A stretch of DNA of 63,444 nucleotides, filler included. It is 5 parts of 5 records of this genome, joined end to end, with 100 filler letters (N's around TTAATTAATTAA, not from the genome) between each part and the next. Parts side by side here need not be neighbours in the genome. Positions count along the whole stretch, not along the records: positions 46,077 to 63,444 come from SRR2962707_4889; 4 more parts are not named here. One strand, 5' to 3'. This document shows positions 48,337 through 59,810 of the stretch, in pieces (position 1 is the stretch's first letter; each line of letters begins with the position of its first letter). The notes under the pieces were generated by a model. The model worked only from the letters and a program-made list of their open reading frames with translations. It searched no databases and was not told the origin of the DNA. The translations under genes were made by a program, and so were the position numbers.

Positions 48337-50587
48337 CTTGGGTCTCCAATGCGGGTGTTTTTAGGGTGGTGGCCAAGGGCAATGTAATGATTGCCATGGC
48401 CCCGAAATGGGATTGGCCTTTGAACACAGGGGCGTTTTCCAGAACCAGAGTCCCGCCATGTTCTTCGATTATCTTTTTCACGATCGGCAAACCGAGGCCG
48501 GTTCCTTCGCTGCGGGTGGTTACATAGGGTTCAAATAGCCGCGCGCGGTCTTCTGGCAACCCGATGCCGTTGTCAGCGATTGAAATTTGTAATGTGGTTT
48601 TCTGCACGGTCAGCGCGACGTTGATCCGCGGATCAAACCCCTCGGGCGCGCCTTTTTTGATTAGGCTTTCAATGGCTTCGCCCGCGTTTTTGATCAGGTT
48701 CGTCAGCGCTTGCGACAGCATTGTCGCATCCACCTGCGCCACAACAGGCCCTTCGGGCAACGTAGCGCGAATGGTCACATCGGGCTGGCCGCTTTGCTGC
48801 AATACCACTGCGTCGCCGACCAGCTGTCTGACATCCTGCTCGGTTGTTTCAGGTTCAGGCATCCGCGCAAATTTCGAAAACTCATCCACGATGCGACGCA
48901 AATCACCGGTCTGTCGGATAATGACCCCGGTCATCTGCTCAAGGGCGGCGGCATCATCGGGCAGCTTGCGGGCAAATTTGCGTTGGATACGCTCGGCGCT
49001 CAGTTGTATCGGTGTCAGCGGGTTCTTGATCTCGTGGGCGATGCGGCGGGCCACGTCACCCCACGCCGCCATGCGCTGCGCACTGACCAGATCGGTGACA
49101 TCGTCGAAGGCAACAACATAGCCCTCAAGGCGGCCATCTTCGCTGCGCCGGGTGGCGACGCGCACCAACAGGTTTTCCATCTGACCATGACGCGATACTT
49201 TGACCTCGCCTTGGGCAACCTCGCCATGGCCTGAAACAACGGTGTCAAACAACGGGCCAAATTCGGGGACCGTCACCGATATCGCCAACGATTGTTGCTC
49301 TTCCGACCAATCCAGCAACCGCATGGCCGATTTGTTCACAAAGGCAACGCGCCCTTCGGGATCAAGCCCGACAACCCCTGACGTGACCGAACTTAGCACG
49401 GAATCAAACAACCTACGGCGGCGTTCAATCTGGCGGGTGTTGTCCAGCAAGGCCTCGCGTTGGCCTTTCAGTTGTTTGGTCATCTGGTTGAAATAGCGGC
49501 CCAGCATGGCGATTTCATCATCGCCGTCTTCTTCGCGTACCTGCACTTCTAGATCGCCCGCACCGACCTGTTGCGCCGCACCCGTCAGCCGCCCCACGGG
49601 GCCGGACAGGCGTTCGGCAAACCACAGGCCCAGCCATACCGCCGCGAGAATAAGGATCAGCGCAAAGCCCACATAGAGAAGGCCAAATTCAAACAGCAAC
49701 TTGCCACGGTCATTTTCAAGCTGCTGATACAGGCGCACCGTTTCTTTGGTGTCGTCCAGCAGCGACAGGATTTCACCGTCCACATCGCGGCTGATGTACA
49801 AAAACCGGTCCAGATAGGAATCGAGCGCGACAAGAGCGCGGAATTCGTTGTTTGGCCAATCTTCGATCACCAAGGGCTGGCCGTTGTTTTCCTGCGCGCG
49901 CTTAAGGTCATCCGCTTCTGGGGCTTCGTAATTGAACAAATAAGACCGATCACCACGCGCGCGGATTTGGGCAGTGCCGTCGATCAGATAGGCCTCGCGC
50001 AGGCCGCGCTGGATTTGCAGCTGCCCCTCGGCCAGCAGTTGCGAATCCGGCAGCGCGATACCTTGGGCGCGGGCCAGATCAATGCCTCGTGCCAGCGACG
50101 CGGCGTCGGCGATCAGATCATCGCGCTGTTCTGATTCGTAGGCTTGCGCAGCAGCAAGCGAATTGCCGACCACACTGCGCACGCGGTCCGAAAACCACCC
50201 CTCAAGGCCGACATTAATCGTCAGCCCCGCAAAAACCGCCACACTGACCGTGGGAATAAGCGCCATAAGGGCGAACACGCCCGTCAGCCGCAGATGCAAA
50301 CGCGACCCCGCGGATTTCGCCCGGCGCGCAGCGATCAATCGGCCGACCTGAATGAAAACAAGGGCCGCCACCAACAGGATATAAACGAGATCGGTCAGCA
50401 GGATCAGCCGCAAGCTAGGCGTATTGCCGCCCTGCTCGAGCGGTCCAAGCACCAGATAGGTGATAATTGCCAGCACAGGCCCCAGGACAACAAGCCCAAG
50501 GGTCGCCAAGTTGCGATACCGCCGAACACGGCGCAGTCGCTCAAGACGCAACAGATAATAACTGCGTGACCGGGTTAGCACCCGCAA
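48329..50587 (-). CDS. ntrY: Sensor kinase NtrY
   Basis: TM helices, [33 protein letters not shown]. Confidence 0.95.
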   Translation of the reverse strand: MRVLTRSRSYYLLRLERLRRVRRYRNLATLGLVVLGPVLAIITYLVLGPLEQGGNTPSLRLILLTDLVYILLVAALVFIQVGRLIAARRAKSAGSRLHLRLTGVFALMALIPTVSVAVFAGLTINVGLEGWFSDRVRSVVGNSLAAAQAYESEQRDDLIADAASLARGIDLARAQGIALPDSQLLAEGQLQIQRGLREAYLIDGTAQIRARGDRSYLFNYEAPEADDLKRAQENNGQPLVIEDWPNNEFRALVALDSYLDRFLYISRDVDGEILSLLDDTKETVRLYQQLENDRGKLLFEFGLLYVGFALILILAAVWLGLWFAERLSGPVGRLTGAAQQVGAGDLEVQVREEDGDDEIAMLGRYFNQMTKQLKGQREALLDNTRQIERRRRLFDSVLSSVTSGVVGLDPEGRVAFVNKSAMRLLDWSEEQQSLAISVTVPEFGPLFDTVVSGHGEVAQGEVKVSRHGQMENLLVRVATRRSEDGRLEGYVVAFDDVTDLVSAQRMAAWGDVARRIAHEIKNPLTPIQLSAERIQRKFARKLPDDAAALEQMTGVIIRQTGDLRRIVDEFSKFARMPEPETTEQDVRQLVGDAVVLQQSGQPDVTIRATLPEGPVVAQVDATMLSQALTNLIKNAGEAIESLIKKGAPEGFDPRINVALTVQKTTLQISIADNGIGLPEDRARLFEPYVTTRSEGTGLGLPIVKKIIEEHGGTLVLENAPVFKGQSHFGAMAIITLPLATTLKTPALETQDE

Positions 50588-50683
50588 TCCTCACCGATGA
50601 TGTGATGCATACCTGCAACCACTGCCTATTAATGTGGTCCTGATCGGGCTGTGAGGCCCGATGGCCACGGTTATGTGGCTCTT

Positions 50684-52051
50684 TTACATCATCTTGCGAC
50701 CGCGTGTCACCTCAATATCGAGTTCAGTGATCTTTTTTCTCAAGGTATTGCGGTTGATTCCCAGCAAATCGGCACATTTAGCCTGATTACCTGCGGTCGC
50801 GGACAGTGCGATTTCGATCAACGGTGCCTCGATCTCGCGCAGAATTCGCGCATAAAGGCCGGGAGGCGGTAGCATTGAGCCGTGTTGATCAAAATACCGG
50901 CGTAGATGACGTTCGACCGACGCGCCCAGTTTTTCGGTGTTGGCTTGCGCCCGCAAAGGTTCCGGATCGGGCTGTGCGCCCAACACCTGTTCGGCCTCAA
51001 TCTGGGTGATTTCCGGTGCGCGGCTGGTCAGTGCCAGTTGCCGCATTGCGTGTTCCAACTGGCGGACGTTGCCGGGCCATTGATAGTTGGCAAAGACTTT
51101 GGCCGCGCCTTCGGACAACGCGCGGGGCACGGTGTTGCCGCTTTCCGACCGTTCAAGGAAATGGGCGGCAAGCAGGCTGATATCTTCGACCCGGTCGCGC
51201 AGCGCGGGCACGTGCAAGGTGGCACCCGACAGGCGGTAATATAGATCGCGGCGCAAGGTGCCTGCCTTCATCGCGGCGGCCAGATCGGATTGGCTGGTGG
51301 CCAGAAAACGCGGCGCATGATCACCGGGGGTGTCCATCATCCGCGCAATACGCGCTTGAATTTCCTCGGAAAAATCTCCGATCTCGTCGATCAGCAAGGT
51401 CCCGCCCCGCACCCGTGCCAACACGCGCGCTGGACCTTCGATGTCTTGCAGATCGGCGGATGTCACCGTGACAAAGGGCAGATTTCTCCGGTCCGAAAAA
51501 TCGTGAATTGCCTTACCGATCAGCGATTTCCCGGTGCCGGATTCGCCCCAGATCAACACCGGCAAATCGGTGTTCATCACCCGTGCCACCACGCGGTACA
51601 GCGATTGCATCACAGGGGTGCGCCCGACCAAGGGCAAATCATCGCGGTCGCCCGCATCATTGGTTTGGACAGCCCTGCGCGGTGCCCCGTTACGTTCCAG
51701 CGCCCGCGCCGTGCGTTTCATCAGATCAGGCAAATCAAAGGGTTTGGGCAGGTAATCATAGGCCTCGGCCTCGGCGGCTTTGATCGCGGTCATAATGGTG
51801 TTTTGCGCTGAAATGACGATGACCGGCAAACCGGGGCGATCCTTGGCAATCTTTGGCAACATCTCAAGCCCGTTACCGTCGGGCATCACAACATCCGAGA
51901 TCACCACATCGCCTTTGCCCTCGCCGACCCACCGCATCAGGGTCGTCAAGCTTGAGGTCGCATGCACCTTGCACCCCGCGCGGGTCAGAGCCTGCGTTAA
52001 AACGGTGCGGATTGTGCGGTCATCGTCGGCGACCAGAACTGTGCCATCCAT
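50684..52051 (-). CDS. ntrC: Nitrogen regulator NtrC (lacks the GAFTGA loop)
   Basis: REC domain, [36 protein letters not shown]. Confidence 0.93.
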   Translation of the reverse strand: MDGTVLVADDDRTIRTVLTQALTRAGCKVHATSSLTTLMRWVGEGKGDVVISDVVMPDGNGLEMLPKIAKDRPGLPVIVISAQNTIMTAIKAAEAEAYDYLPKPFDLPDLMKRTARALERNGAPRRAVQTNDAGDRDDLPLVGRTPVMQSLYRVVARVMNTDLPVLIWGESGTGKSLIGKAIHDFSDRRNLPFVTVTSADLQDIEGPARVLARVRGGTLLIDEIGDFSEEIQARIARMMDTPGDHAPRFLATSQSDLAAAMKAGTLRRDLYYRLSGATLHVPALRDRVEDISLLAAHFLERSESGNTVPRALSEGAAKVFANYQWPGNVRQLEHAMRQLALTSRAPEITQIEAEQVLGAQPDPEPLRAQANTEKLGASVERHLRRYFDQHGSMLPPPGLYARILREIEAPLIEIALSATAGNQAKCADLLGINRNTLRKKITELDIEVTRGRKMM

Positions 52052-52053
52052 TT

Positions 52054-53148
52054 TTAAGTCTCCTGTTCGGGTGCGAGGGTCGCCAGCATCGCCTTGTCGG
52101 CGCGTGGCAGTGAAATACGAAATACGGTTTTGCCGGGGACGGAATTCACAGAGATCCAGCCGCCGTGGTCCGATATGATCTTGCTGACCAGCGCCAGCCC
52201 CAGTCCGGTGCCGTTCTCACGGCCCGACACAAACGGTTCGAACACATCATCCTGAATGGATTGTGGTAGCCCGGGGCCGTCATCAATCACCTCGATCTGG
52301 AGGGGCAGCGATTGGCCGGTACCATCGGCGCGGCGCATCCGAAACGAATGTTCGTAAAAGCTGTGCAAACGAATGGTGCCGCCGGTCGTCCCTGCGGCTT
52401 CGGATGCATTTTTCACAAGGTTCAGAATAACTTGGAGCAGTTGATCCTTGTCGCCCAATGCCAGCGGCAAGGACGGATCATAGTCTTCAACAATGGTCAT
52501 CCGCGCGCCAAATCCCAGCAGCGCCGACCGGCGGGCGCGGTCCAGCACGTCATGCAAGTTTACGGCCCCCAGTTCCGGCGGCATCAGGTTGCCAAACTGT
52601 TCAACCTGTTCCAGCAGCTTCACGATCCGGCGCGATTCCGCTACGATCAAATCCGTCAACTCAAGGTCTTCGGCGTTCAGGTTCATGCTGAGCAGTTGCG
52701 CGGCACCGGTGATGCCCGCCAGCGGGTTCTTGATCTCGTGGGCCAGCATCTCGGCCATGCCAATCGCGGATTTCGCGGCGGATTTAACCTGATTGTTGTG
52801 GCTCATCCTGCCGACAAATTCGCGCGGGGTGATCATCAGCAACATATGGCCGGGCATGCCGTTCAGCGGCGCCAGATGCAGGTCGGACAGCGCTGGTGGG
52901 CGTTGGCCACTGCCCACATCAACGTCATTCACGAAAAGCGGCGTGTCATGTTTGCGCGCGCGGGCAAAGGCCTCTTCCAGGGGCGCATTCACAGCAATCA
53001 GGTCCCAGACGGGGGTGCCTTTGGCCGACTTGGCCGAGGTGTTCAAGAACCCTTCGGCGGCCGAGTTCAGATCGACGATTCTATCATCCGGCCCGATCAG
53101 CACGGCGGGCACCGGCAGCGAATTAAACACCGCATCCATGTTCATCAT
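52054..53148 (-). CDS. ntrB: Sensor kinase NtrB
   Basis: [29 protein letters not shown]. Confidence 0.93.
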   Translation of the reverse strand: MMNMDAVFNSLPVPAVLIGPDDRIVDLNSAAEGFLNTSAKSAKGTPVWDLIAVNAPLEEAFARARKHDTPLFVNDVDVGSGQRPPALSDLHLAPLNGMPGHMLLMITPREFVGRMSHNNQVKSAAKSAIGMAEMLAHEIKNPLAGITGAAQLLSMNLNAEDLELTDLIVAESRRIVKLLEQVEQFGNLMPPELGAVNLHDVLDRARRSALLGFGARMTIVEDYDPSLPLALGDKDQLLQVILNLVKNASEAAGTTGGTIRLHSFYEHSFRMRRADGTGQSLPLQIEVIDDGPGLPQSIQDDVFEPFVSGRENGTGLGLALVSKIISDHGGWISVNSVPGKTVFRISLPRADKAMLATLAPEQET

Positions 53149-54131
53149 GCTGCTTCCCTTGTGGGATGTGCGACCATGGCATCATCAATCAGACCGTGCA
53201 CAGTTTGCGGGTCAGGTGCGGTCAGCACCGCGCGGCGCAGGTCGGTCGGGGTGCTGCAGGTGTCCATATACCAGCCCAAATGTTTGCGTGCGGCACGCAG
53301 ACCAATGGTGGTGCCATAAAAGCGGATGATCTCTTCATAGTGATCGGCGACCATGCGGGTGAAATCCGTCCCTTGCGGCACAACGGGTGCCGGCGTGCCA
53401 TAAAGCTGATGCGCGATCTGCGCCAAAATCCACGGCTGCCCCTGCGATCCGCGCCCGACCATCACCCCGTCAGCACCGGATTGGTTCAGCGCCATCCGCG
53501 CGGTGTCACTGTCGGTGATGTCACCATTGGCAATCACGGGGATCGACACGGCCTGTTTCACCTTGGCAATGGCGGCCCAATCGGCAGCCCCCTTATAGAA
53601 CTGGCAGCGCGTGCGCCCGTGGATCGTGATCATCGTGATGCCTGCGTTTTCGGCTGCTGCGGCGATCTGCGGCGCGTTCAGCATCGCATCATCCCAGCCA
53701 AGACGGGTTTTCAGTGTCACCGGCACGGACACGGCGTTTACCACCGCCTCGATCAGGGTCAGCGCATAATCGGGCGTGCGCATCAGGGCAGAACCGGAAT
53801 AGCCTTGGGTGACCTTTTTGGCGGGACAGCCCATGTTGATGTCAATGACACGCGCGCCTTGTGCCTCGACCATGCGGGCGGCCTCGGCCAGCGGGGCGGC
53901 TTCGCGACCGGCAAGCTGCACGGCGGTGCCTTCGATTCCCAGACCCAGCTCGGCTTTCTCGCGGGTGCCGGGGCGTGCGTTAATCATGTCTTCCGAGGCC
54001 ACCATTTCAGATACCACCAGCCCTGCCCCGAACGAGGCGACCAGATTTCTGTATGGTAGGTCCGTAATCCCGGCCATCGGTGCAAGTAAAACAGGCGGGT
54101 TTAGGGAAAATGGCAGATCAGCAAGACCCAA
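53145..54131 (-). CDS. dusB: tRNA-dihydrouridine synthase B (NifR3)
   Basis: LAPMAGITD, DINMGCPAKKV, HGRTRCQ, IANGDI. The TTG start is inferred from an AAGGA RBS. Confidence 0.93.
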   Translation of the reverse strand: MGLADLPFSLNPPVLLAPMAGITDLPYRNLVASFGAGLVVSEMVASEDMINARPGTREKAELGLGIEGTAVQLAGREAAPLAEAARMVEAQGARVIDINMGCPAKKVTQGYSGSALMRTPDYALTLIEAVVNAVSVPVTLKTRLGWDDAMLNAPQIAAAAENAGITMITIHGRTRCQFYKGAADWAAIAKVKQAVSIPVIANGDITDSDTARMALNQSGADGVMVGRGSQGQPWILAQIAHQLYGTPAPVVPQGTDFTRMVADHYEEIIRFYGTTIGLRAARKHLGWYMDTCSTPTDLRRAVLTAPDPQTVHGLIDDAMVAHPTREAA

Positions 54132-54224
54132 ACGATTAATCCTTGTGCATTTCCATTCGGTGTAGCGACAGCCTTGCCTGAACTCAAGAAAGCCGCCGCT
54201 ATTATGGCATATATATGCGTGTAG

Positions 54225-54243
54225 GTGCCTAATTTTTAAGCAC
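54225..54243. promoter_or_regulatory. Candidate NtrC site in the dusB-ntrBC promoter
   Basis: GTGC-CTAATTTTTAA-GCAC (TGC-N11-GCA). Confidence 0.55.
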
Positions 54244-54311
54244 AACAGCCAAGAGATTGCGCCGCAGCCCCGCTTTGCCTAAAAACACGCTATCAGATCA
54301 AGGGGCTGCCG

Positions 54312-55454
54312 ATGTCATCACCGCCAAGAATTGCCGCCATTATTGTCGCTGCGGGTCGTGGCACCCGCGCGGGCGGTGCGATCCCCAAGCAGTGGCAGGA
54401 TCTATGCGGCAAGCGCGTGATCGACCACACAGTTGCCGCGTTTCGGTATCACGACAGGATCGACACCATTGTTGTTGTCCTGAACGAGAGCGACATGGCG
54501 CAGGCCGAAGGGTTTCGCGCCCAAGGCTGCCTGATTGCCACAGGCGGTGCCGACCGCGCGACATCGGTGCGCAATGGTCTGGCGTTGCTCGACGGTTGCG
54601 ATCAAGTGTTGATCCATGACGCGGCCCGGCCCTGTGTCCCTCGGGCGGTTATTGACGGCGTGCTGGATGCCTTGGTCGACGGTCCCGCCGCCGCACCCGG
54701 ATTGCCGATCACCGATGCCCTGTGGCTGGGCGAGGATGGCGAGGTCGCAGGCACCCAGGACCGCGCAGCGCTATATGCCGCACAAACGCCGCAAGGCTTT
54801 GCCACAGCGGCCATTCGCGCCGCCCATGCCGCGTTCGAGGGGGCCGCAGCAGATGATGTCGAAGTGGCGCGCGCCGCTGGATTGCCCGTTGCCATCACCC
54901 CCGGCAGCGCCGATAACCTTAAGATAACCATGCCCGGTGATTTGACCCGGGCCGCACGTATATTGGAGAGCCAGATGGATATTCGCACCGGTAACGGCTT
55001 TGACGTACATGCCTTTGGCCCCGGCGATCATGTGATGCTGTGCGGCGTGAAAATTGATCACGATCAGGGGCTTGTCGGCCATTCCGACGCCGATGTGGGC
55101 ATGCATACCGTGACAGATGCAATATATGGCGCGCTGGCCATGGGTGATATCGGCCAGCATTTCCCGCCCTCTGATCCGCAATGGAAGGGTGCTGCCAGCC
55201 ATATCTTTTTGACCCATGCTGCCGATCTGGCCCGGTCCCACGGGTTCACCCTGACCCATGTCGATTGCACGCTGATCTGCGAACATCCCAAGGTCGGCCC
55301 ACATGCCGCCGCGATGCGCGATGTGATGGCGCTGTATCTGGGCATCGACGCGGATCGTGTGTCGGTCAAGGCGACCACATCGGAACGTTTGGGCTTTACC
55401 GGTCGCGGCGAAGGTATCGCCTGCATGGCCACAGCAACATTGGTGAAATTATGA
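54312..55454 (+). CDS. ispDF: Bifunctional IspD/IspF
   Basis: [51 protein letters not shown]. Confidence 0.96.
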   Translation: MSSPPRIAAIIVAAGRGTRAGGAIPKQWQDLCGKRVIDHTVAAFRYHDRIDTIVVVLNESDMAQAEGFRAQGCLIATGGADRATSVRNGLALLDGCDQVLIHDAARPCVPRAVIDGVLDALVDGPAAAPGLPITDALWLGEDGEVAGTQDRAALYAAQTPQGFATAAIRAAHAAFEGAAADDVEVARAAGLPVAITPGSADNLKITMPGDLTRAARILESQMDIRTGNGFDVHAFGPGDHVMLCGVKIDHDQGLVGHSDADVGMHTVTDAIYGALAMGDIGQHFPPSDPQWKGAASHIFLTHAADLARSHGFTLTHVDCTLICEHPKVGPHAAAMRDVMALYLGIDADRVSVKATTSERLGFTGRGEGIACMATATLVKL

Positions 55455-55942
55455 AACTCGCAAAGCTGATCGGCACCGTTCTGGGTGTCGGATATATCCG
55501 CCCTGCCCCCGGCACATGGGGGTCGCTGGTCGCCCTGCCATGGGCGTGGTTGTTGCATGTGATCGGCGGGTTCCCCTTGCTGGTGATCGGCGTCCTCGTG
55601 GCCTTTGCCGCCGGTTGGTGGGCAACGGCACAGATGACCGCAGGCAGCACCGATCATGACCCCTCCGAAATAGTGATCGACGAGGTCGCAGGCCAGTGGA
55701 TTGCCCTATTACCGCTAAGCTATGCGGCGTGGTCGATGGGGCTGAACATTCTTGTGATGTGGCCGGGCTGGATTGCTGCATTTGCTTTGTTCCGTCTGTT
55801 CGACATCTGGAAGCCGCTGCTGGTCGGATGGGCTGACCGGCGCGGTGACCCGCTTGGTGTGATGTTGGATGATGTGATCGCCGGTGTCTTTGCCCTGATC
55901 TGTGTGATCGGGTTGGCGGGACTGTATCATGGGCTTCTCTGA
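55451..55942 (+). CDS. pgpA: Phosphatidylglycerophosphatase A
   Basis: [35 protein letters not shown]. Confidence 0.93.
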   Translation: MKLAKLIGTVLGVGYIRPAPGTWGSLVALPWAWLLHVIGGFPLLVIGVLVAFAAGWWATAQMTAGSTDHDPSEIVIDEVAGQWIALLPLSYAAWSMGLNILVMWPGWIAAFALFRLFDIWKPLLVGWADRRGDPLGVMLDDVIAGVFALICVIGLAGLYHGLL

Positions 55943-56405
55943 CGCAGCTATCTTGCTGGAACGTGCTGTTGCGCGTGGCGTGATGATCACCTGCGCAGAA
56001 AGCTGCACGGGCGGCATGGTCGCTGCGGCGCTGACCGATTTGCCCGGATCATCCGAGATGTTTGATCGGGGTTTTGTCACCTATACCAATGACGCCAAGA
56101 TTGATTTGCTGGGCGTATTGCCCGCGACCCTAGATGCATTCGGTGCCGTATCCGAGGAAATCGCCCGCGAAATGGCGCAGGGTGCCCTTGCCCGCTCAGA
56201 CGCGCAAATCGCCGTGTCGATTACGGGCATTGCAGGTCCGGGCGGGTCGGATCACAAGCCCGAGGGGCGCGTGTGCTTTGCGCTGGCGACACGCACCACT
56301 GTGCAGGCCGAGACGAAAGAGTTTGGTGCATTGGGTCGCGCAAACGTCCGTTTGGCGGCGCGCGATCATGCTTTGGGCCTGCTTTTAAGTGCAGTTTCAA
56401 AGTGA
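55929..56405 (+). CDS. cinA: CinA/PncC-family NMN deamidase
   Basis: AESCTGG, GAVSEE, SITGIAGPGG. Confidence 0.92.
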   Translation: MGFSDAAILLERAVARGVMITCAESCTGGMVAAALTDLPGSSEMFDRGFVTYTNDAKIDLLGVLPATLDAFGAVSEEIAREMAQGALARSDAQIAVSITGIAGPGGSDHKPEGRVCFALATRTTVQAETKEFGALGRANVRLAARDHALGLLLSAVSK

Positions 56406-56451
56406 TTATTAATTAGGCGCGTACTGCAATATATAGCCTAACATTAAGGCA
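56403..56451. promoter_or_regulatory. Tandem NtrC-like sites upstream of amt
   Basis: TGA-N11-GCG at 56403 and AGC-CTAACATTAAG-GCA at 56435, 32 bp apart. Confidence 0.5.
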
Positions 56452-56561
56452 ATTGCATAAATGCACGATTAAATGGCGGTCCTGCCCACTTTTTAACTTC
56501 CGTTGTGCGACCCCATCCGCTTTGCCACCCCCCAAGTTAATTAAATGGGGGAAATTTACCG

Positions 56562-57743
56562 ATGAATGCTGCTGATACAGCCTGGATCATGACCGCGACG
56601 GCCTTGGTTCTGTTTATGACTTTGCCGGGGCTTGCGTTGTTCTATGGCGGGCTTGTGCGCAGCCGCAACGTGCTGAGCGTGTTCATGCATTGCTATGCCA
56701 TCGCCTGCCTGATGAGCGTACTGTGGTTCTTTGTCGGCTATTCCATCGCGTTCGGGTCCGGCACATCGGGTTTTTGGGGCGGTTTGGATAAACTTGGCCT
56801 TAGCGGTGTGACTGCGGACAGCCTGTCAGGCACCCTGCCCGAGATTCTGTTCTTTGCCTTCCAGATGACATTCGCCATCATCACGCCTGCACTGATCGTC
56901 GGTGCCTATGTTGAACGTGTCGGCTTTGGTTTTGTCATGCTGTTTTCGGGGCTGTGGATGCTGATCTGCTACGCACCTGTCGTGCATTGGGTCTGGGGCG
57001 GTGGTTTCCTTGCCGATGGCGGTATATTTGGTGACACCGGCGTGCGCGATTTCGCAGGCGGTATTGTGGTGCATGAAACGGCTGGCCTGGCCGCGTTGAT
57101 CATCGCGTTTTTCCTTGGGCCGCGTAAAAACCACAACACACCGCCGCATAACCCCGGCTATGTGATGATCGGTGCGGCGATGCTGTGGGTCGGTTGGTTC
57201 GGCTTTAACGGCGGTTCGCAACTGGCGGCTGACGGTGGCGCGGCCATGGCGATCACGGTGACGCATATTTCGGCTGCAACAGCATCGCTGTCCTGGGCGC
57301 TGTGGGAACGGATCAAATTTGGCAAATCGTCGATGGTTGGCATCGTGACAGGTACAATCGCCGGTCTGGCGTCGATCACCCCTGCGTCCGGTTTCGTCGG
57401 CCCGTGGGAGGCCCTGATCATTGGTGCCGTGGCCGGTGTGCTGTGCCAAGAAGCCGTTGTGCTGATCCGCAACAAAGCCAAGATCGATGACACGCTCGAC
57501 GTCTTTGCCGTACACGGTGTGGGCGGTATTTTCGGCACGATCATGATTGCGGCATTTGGCGCAGGTACTTGGGCTGCGCAACTGGGATCGCTGGCGATTG
57601 TCGGCATCTACACGACGGTCGTGACCGTCGCGCTGCTGTTCATCTGCAAAGCAATCACGCCGCTTCGTGTCTCTGAAGAAGACGAGATCACCGGCCTTGA
57701 TTTGGCCGTCCACGGCGAGCGTGCATACGAACTGACCAGCTAA
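56562..57743 (+). CDS. amtB: Ammonium transporter (Amt family)
   Basis: FQMTFAIIT, DFAGGIVVH, GWFGFNGGS, IDDTLDVFAVHG, HGERAY. Confidence 0.95.
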   Translation: MNAADTAWIMTATALVLFMTLPGLALFYGGLVRSRNVLSVFMHCYAIACLMSVLWFFVGYSIAFGSGTSGFWGGLDKLGLSGVTADSLSGTLPEILFFAFQMTFAIITPALIVGAYVERVGFGFVMLFSGLWMLICYAPVVHWVWGGGFLADGGIFGDTGVRDFAGGIVVHETAGLAALIIAFFLGPRKNHNTPPHNPGYVMIGAAMLWVGWFGFNGGSQLAADGGAAMAITVTHISAATASLSWALWERIKFGKSSMVGIVTGTIAGLASITPASGFVGPWEALIIGAVAGVLCQEAVVLIRNKAKIDDTLDVFAVHGVGGIFGTIMIAAFGAGTWAAQLGSLAIVGIYTTVVTVALLFICKAITPLRVSEEDEITGLDLAVHGERAYELTS

Positions 57744-57752
57744 AACCTATCA

Positions 57753-57790
57753 GGGGCCTGCGGATCATTTCGATGCCCGCAGGCCCTTTA
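57753..57790 (+). terminator. Hairpin terminator between amt and the oxidoreductase
   Basis: gggcctgcgg...ccgcaggccc followed by tttat. Confidence 0.7.
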
Positions 57791-57798
57791 TTTACCAA

Positions 57799-59004
57799 TC
57801 AGGTCACCTTGCTGGCGGCGCGACCTGCGGCTTCTCCTGTGGCAAAGGCCGTGCCCATAACGCGGATTGACCCATAGGCCATATCGTCGGCCCCAATCAG
57901 ACGACCAGCATAGAAAACATTATCCAGCCCTTTGGCCCGCAGACAATCCAGCGGGATGTCGGCAAAACCGTCCCCACCAACCGAGTGATAGACAGGCTTT
58001 CCGGGTTCTGAATGATCCTCGATCGGCCACGCGGCTTTTGCGACGCTGTCGCTGCGCTGGCGACCGGTGCGCAGATCCTCTGACGTCAGATCATAGCGTG
58101 CCGGGGGGTGGCGGCTTTCTCGGATGCCGATTTGTGGGCCGGTTGACGCCAGATAGGCATCCCGGAATCCAGGAACATGCGCCCGCAGGACATCGACGTA
58201 ATCATGCGCAGCCCCGCGCGCCGCCTGTTCGGCGGTGGTAAAGCTTTCCGACGACAGATCGGTCATCGCGTGATCGAACATCATCCACCACATCTCGCCG
58301 GTGCGGGGTACTTCGGTGAATATCCCGCCATCTGTGCGGGCCGAAGGGTATCTGCCCGTTCGGTTGTAAACCTCAAACCCTGCTATCACCGCATCGCGGT
58401 CAATGGGTACCGTGCGGTCCCGCCCGCCAATTCGAATGGGTGCGGATATCGCTTGCAAGTGGCCGCGGGCATTGCCGATCCGGCATTCCAGGCCCGCCAG
58501 CATTGCCAGATTTGCGTCGCCTGTGGCATCTACAAAGGCCTCTGCCGCGACCCGTCTGCGGCCTTCCATACCCGCAAGGGTCACCGACTGAATACGATCC
58601 GCCGTGCGGGCAACCGCCGCCACGCGGGTGTGCAGCAGCACATGAACGCCTGCCTTGATCAATACGCGGTCCAGCGCCAATTTAACGGCTTCGGGTTCCA
58701 GCAGGATGATCCAGTTCAACGTGGTCGGAGAACAGAACGGATCGCAGTCCAGCCCCAAGCTGCGCAGCTCGTCCAGAACAAGGTCAGCAACGCCGCCTAC
58801 CGCTTTGATCGGGGCCTCGCCTTGTTGAAAGAAACCACAGTATGCCAGCACATTTGACGTGGTCGCGGCACCGCCCAGAAAACCGTATTTCTCAACAAGA
58901 AGAACTTTGGCCCCTTCAAGGGCTGCCCCTAATGCAGCGCCAACACCACCCGCGCCACCACCTGCGACGACAACGTCGTAATCGCATTCAGGCCGGCGGC
59001 TCAT
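57799..59004 (-). CDS. FAD-dependent oxidoreductase of unknown substrate
   Basis: DVVVAGGGAGG, LVEKYGFLGG, FVDATGDA, IGIRESR, RVMGTAFATGEAAG. ATGA overlap with the permease. Confidence 0.88.
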   Translation of the reverse strand: MSRRPECDYDVVVAGGGAGGVGAALGAALEGAKVLLVEKYGFLGGAATTSNVLAYCGFFQQGEAPIKAVGGVADLVLDELRSLGLDCDPFCSPTTLNWIILLEPEAVKLALDRVLIKAGVHVLLHTRVAAVARTADRIQSVTLAGMEGRRRVAAEAFVDATGDANLAMLAGLECRIGNARGHLQAISAPIRIGGRDRTVPIDRDAVIAGFEVYNRTGRYPSARTDGGIFTEVPRTGEMWWMMFDHAMTDLSSESFTTAEQAARGAAHDYVDVLRAHVPGFRDAYLASTGPQIGIRESRHPPARYDLTSEDLRTGRQRSDSVAKAAWPIEDHSEPGKPVYHSVGGDGFADIPLDCLRAKGLDNVFYAGRLIGADDMAYGSIRVMGTAFATGEAAGRAASKVT

Positions 59005-59810
59005 TCCCGCCAACCCAGCAGGCGACGCTCGATAAAGCCGATGACCGTGCTTAGGATGACACCGAGCAGCGACAGAATGACAACGCCTGCAAACAGACGC
59101 TCCAAATCATAAAGCGACCCGGCTTCGAGGATGTAAGCGCCGATGCCGTATTCGGCCCCCAGCATTTCAGCGGCAACCAACAAGATAATCGCAATGGCAA
59201 GCGAGATGCGCAGGCCAGACAGAATACCGGGCATGGCACCGGGCAGCACGATTTTGCGGACGATAGAAAACCACGACAGGCCGAAACTTTGCCCCATGCG
59301 GATCAAGGAACGATCAACGTTGTCGACCGCGCCATAGGTGGCCACCACGGTGGGGGTGAACGTGCCAAAGGCGATGAGCGCGTATTTGCTGGCCTCGTCG
59401 ATGCCAAACCAGATCACAAACAACGGTAACAGCGCGATTTTAGGGATCGGGAAAATTGCGGCGACCAGCGGGACAAGGCCCGCGCGGACATAGGAAAAGA
59501 GGCCGATCATAACGCCGGCACAGACACCCACGGTGGCCCCGATTGCAGCCCCGACAGCCAAGCGGCTGAGCGAGGGCAGGAGATGTTTGAACAACAGCCC
59601 GCTTTCCCACAGCTCTTTGAAAGTTGCCAGAACGTCGGATGGTTTTGGCAGCGTAAGGGCGGAAATCCAGCCGCTGCGCGTGCCTATTTCCATAATGGAA
59701 ACCAGTACGACAAACACGGCCAACCCAACCCAACGCCGCGCCTTTGGTGCAAAGCCGCCGCCGCGAAACCGGACCTCGATAGGTTGGGTTTTGATCGTTG
59801 CATCAGACAT
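59001..59810 (-). CDS. NitT/TauT-type ABC permease
   Basis: PIPKIALLPLFVIWFGI, LPGAMPGILSGLR, VAAEM. Confidence 0.92.
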   Translation of the reverse strand: MSDATIKTQPIEVRFRGGGFAPKARRWVGLAVFVVLVSIMEIGTRSGWISALTLPKPSDVLATFKELWESGLLFKHLLPSLSRLAVGAAIGATVGVCAGVMIGLFSYVRAGLVPLVAAIFPIPKIALLPLFVIWFGIDEASKYALIAFGTFTPTVVATYGAVDNVDRSLIRMGQSFGLSWFSIVRKIVLPGAMPGILSGLRISLAIAIILLVAAEMLGAEYGIGAYILEAGSLYDLERLFAGVVILSLLGVILSTVIGFIERRLLGWRE

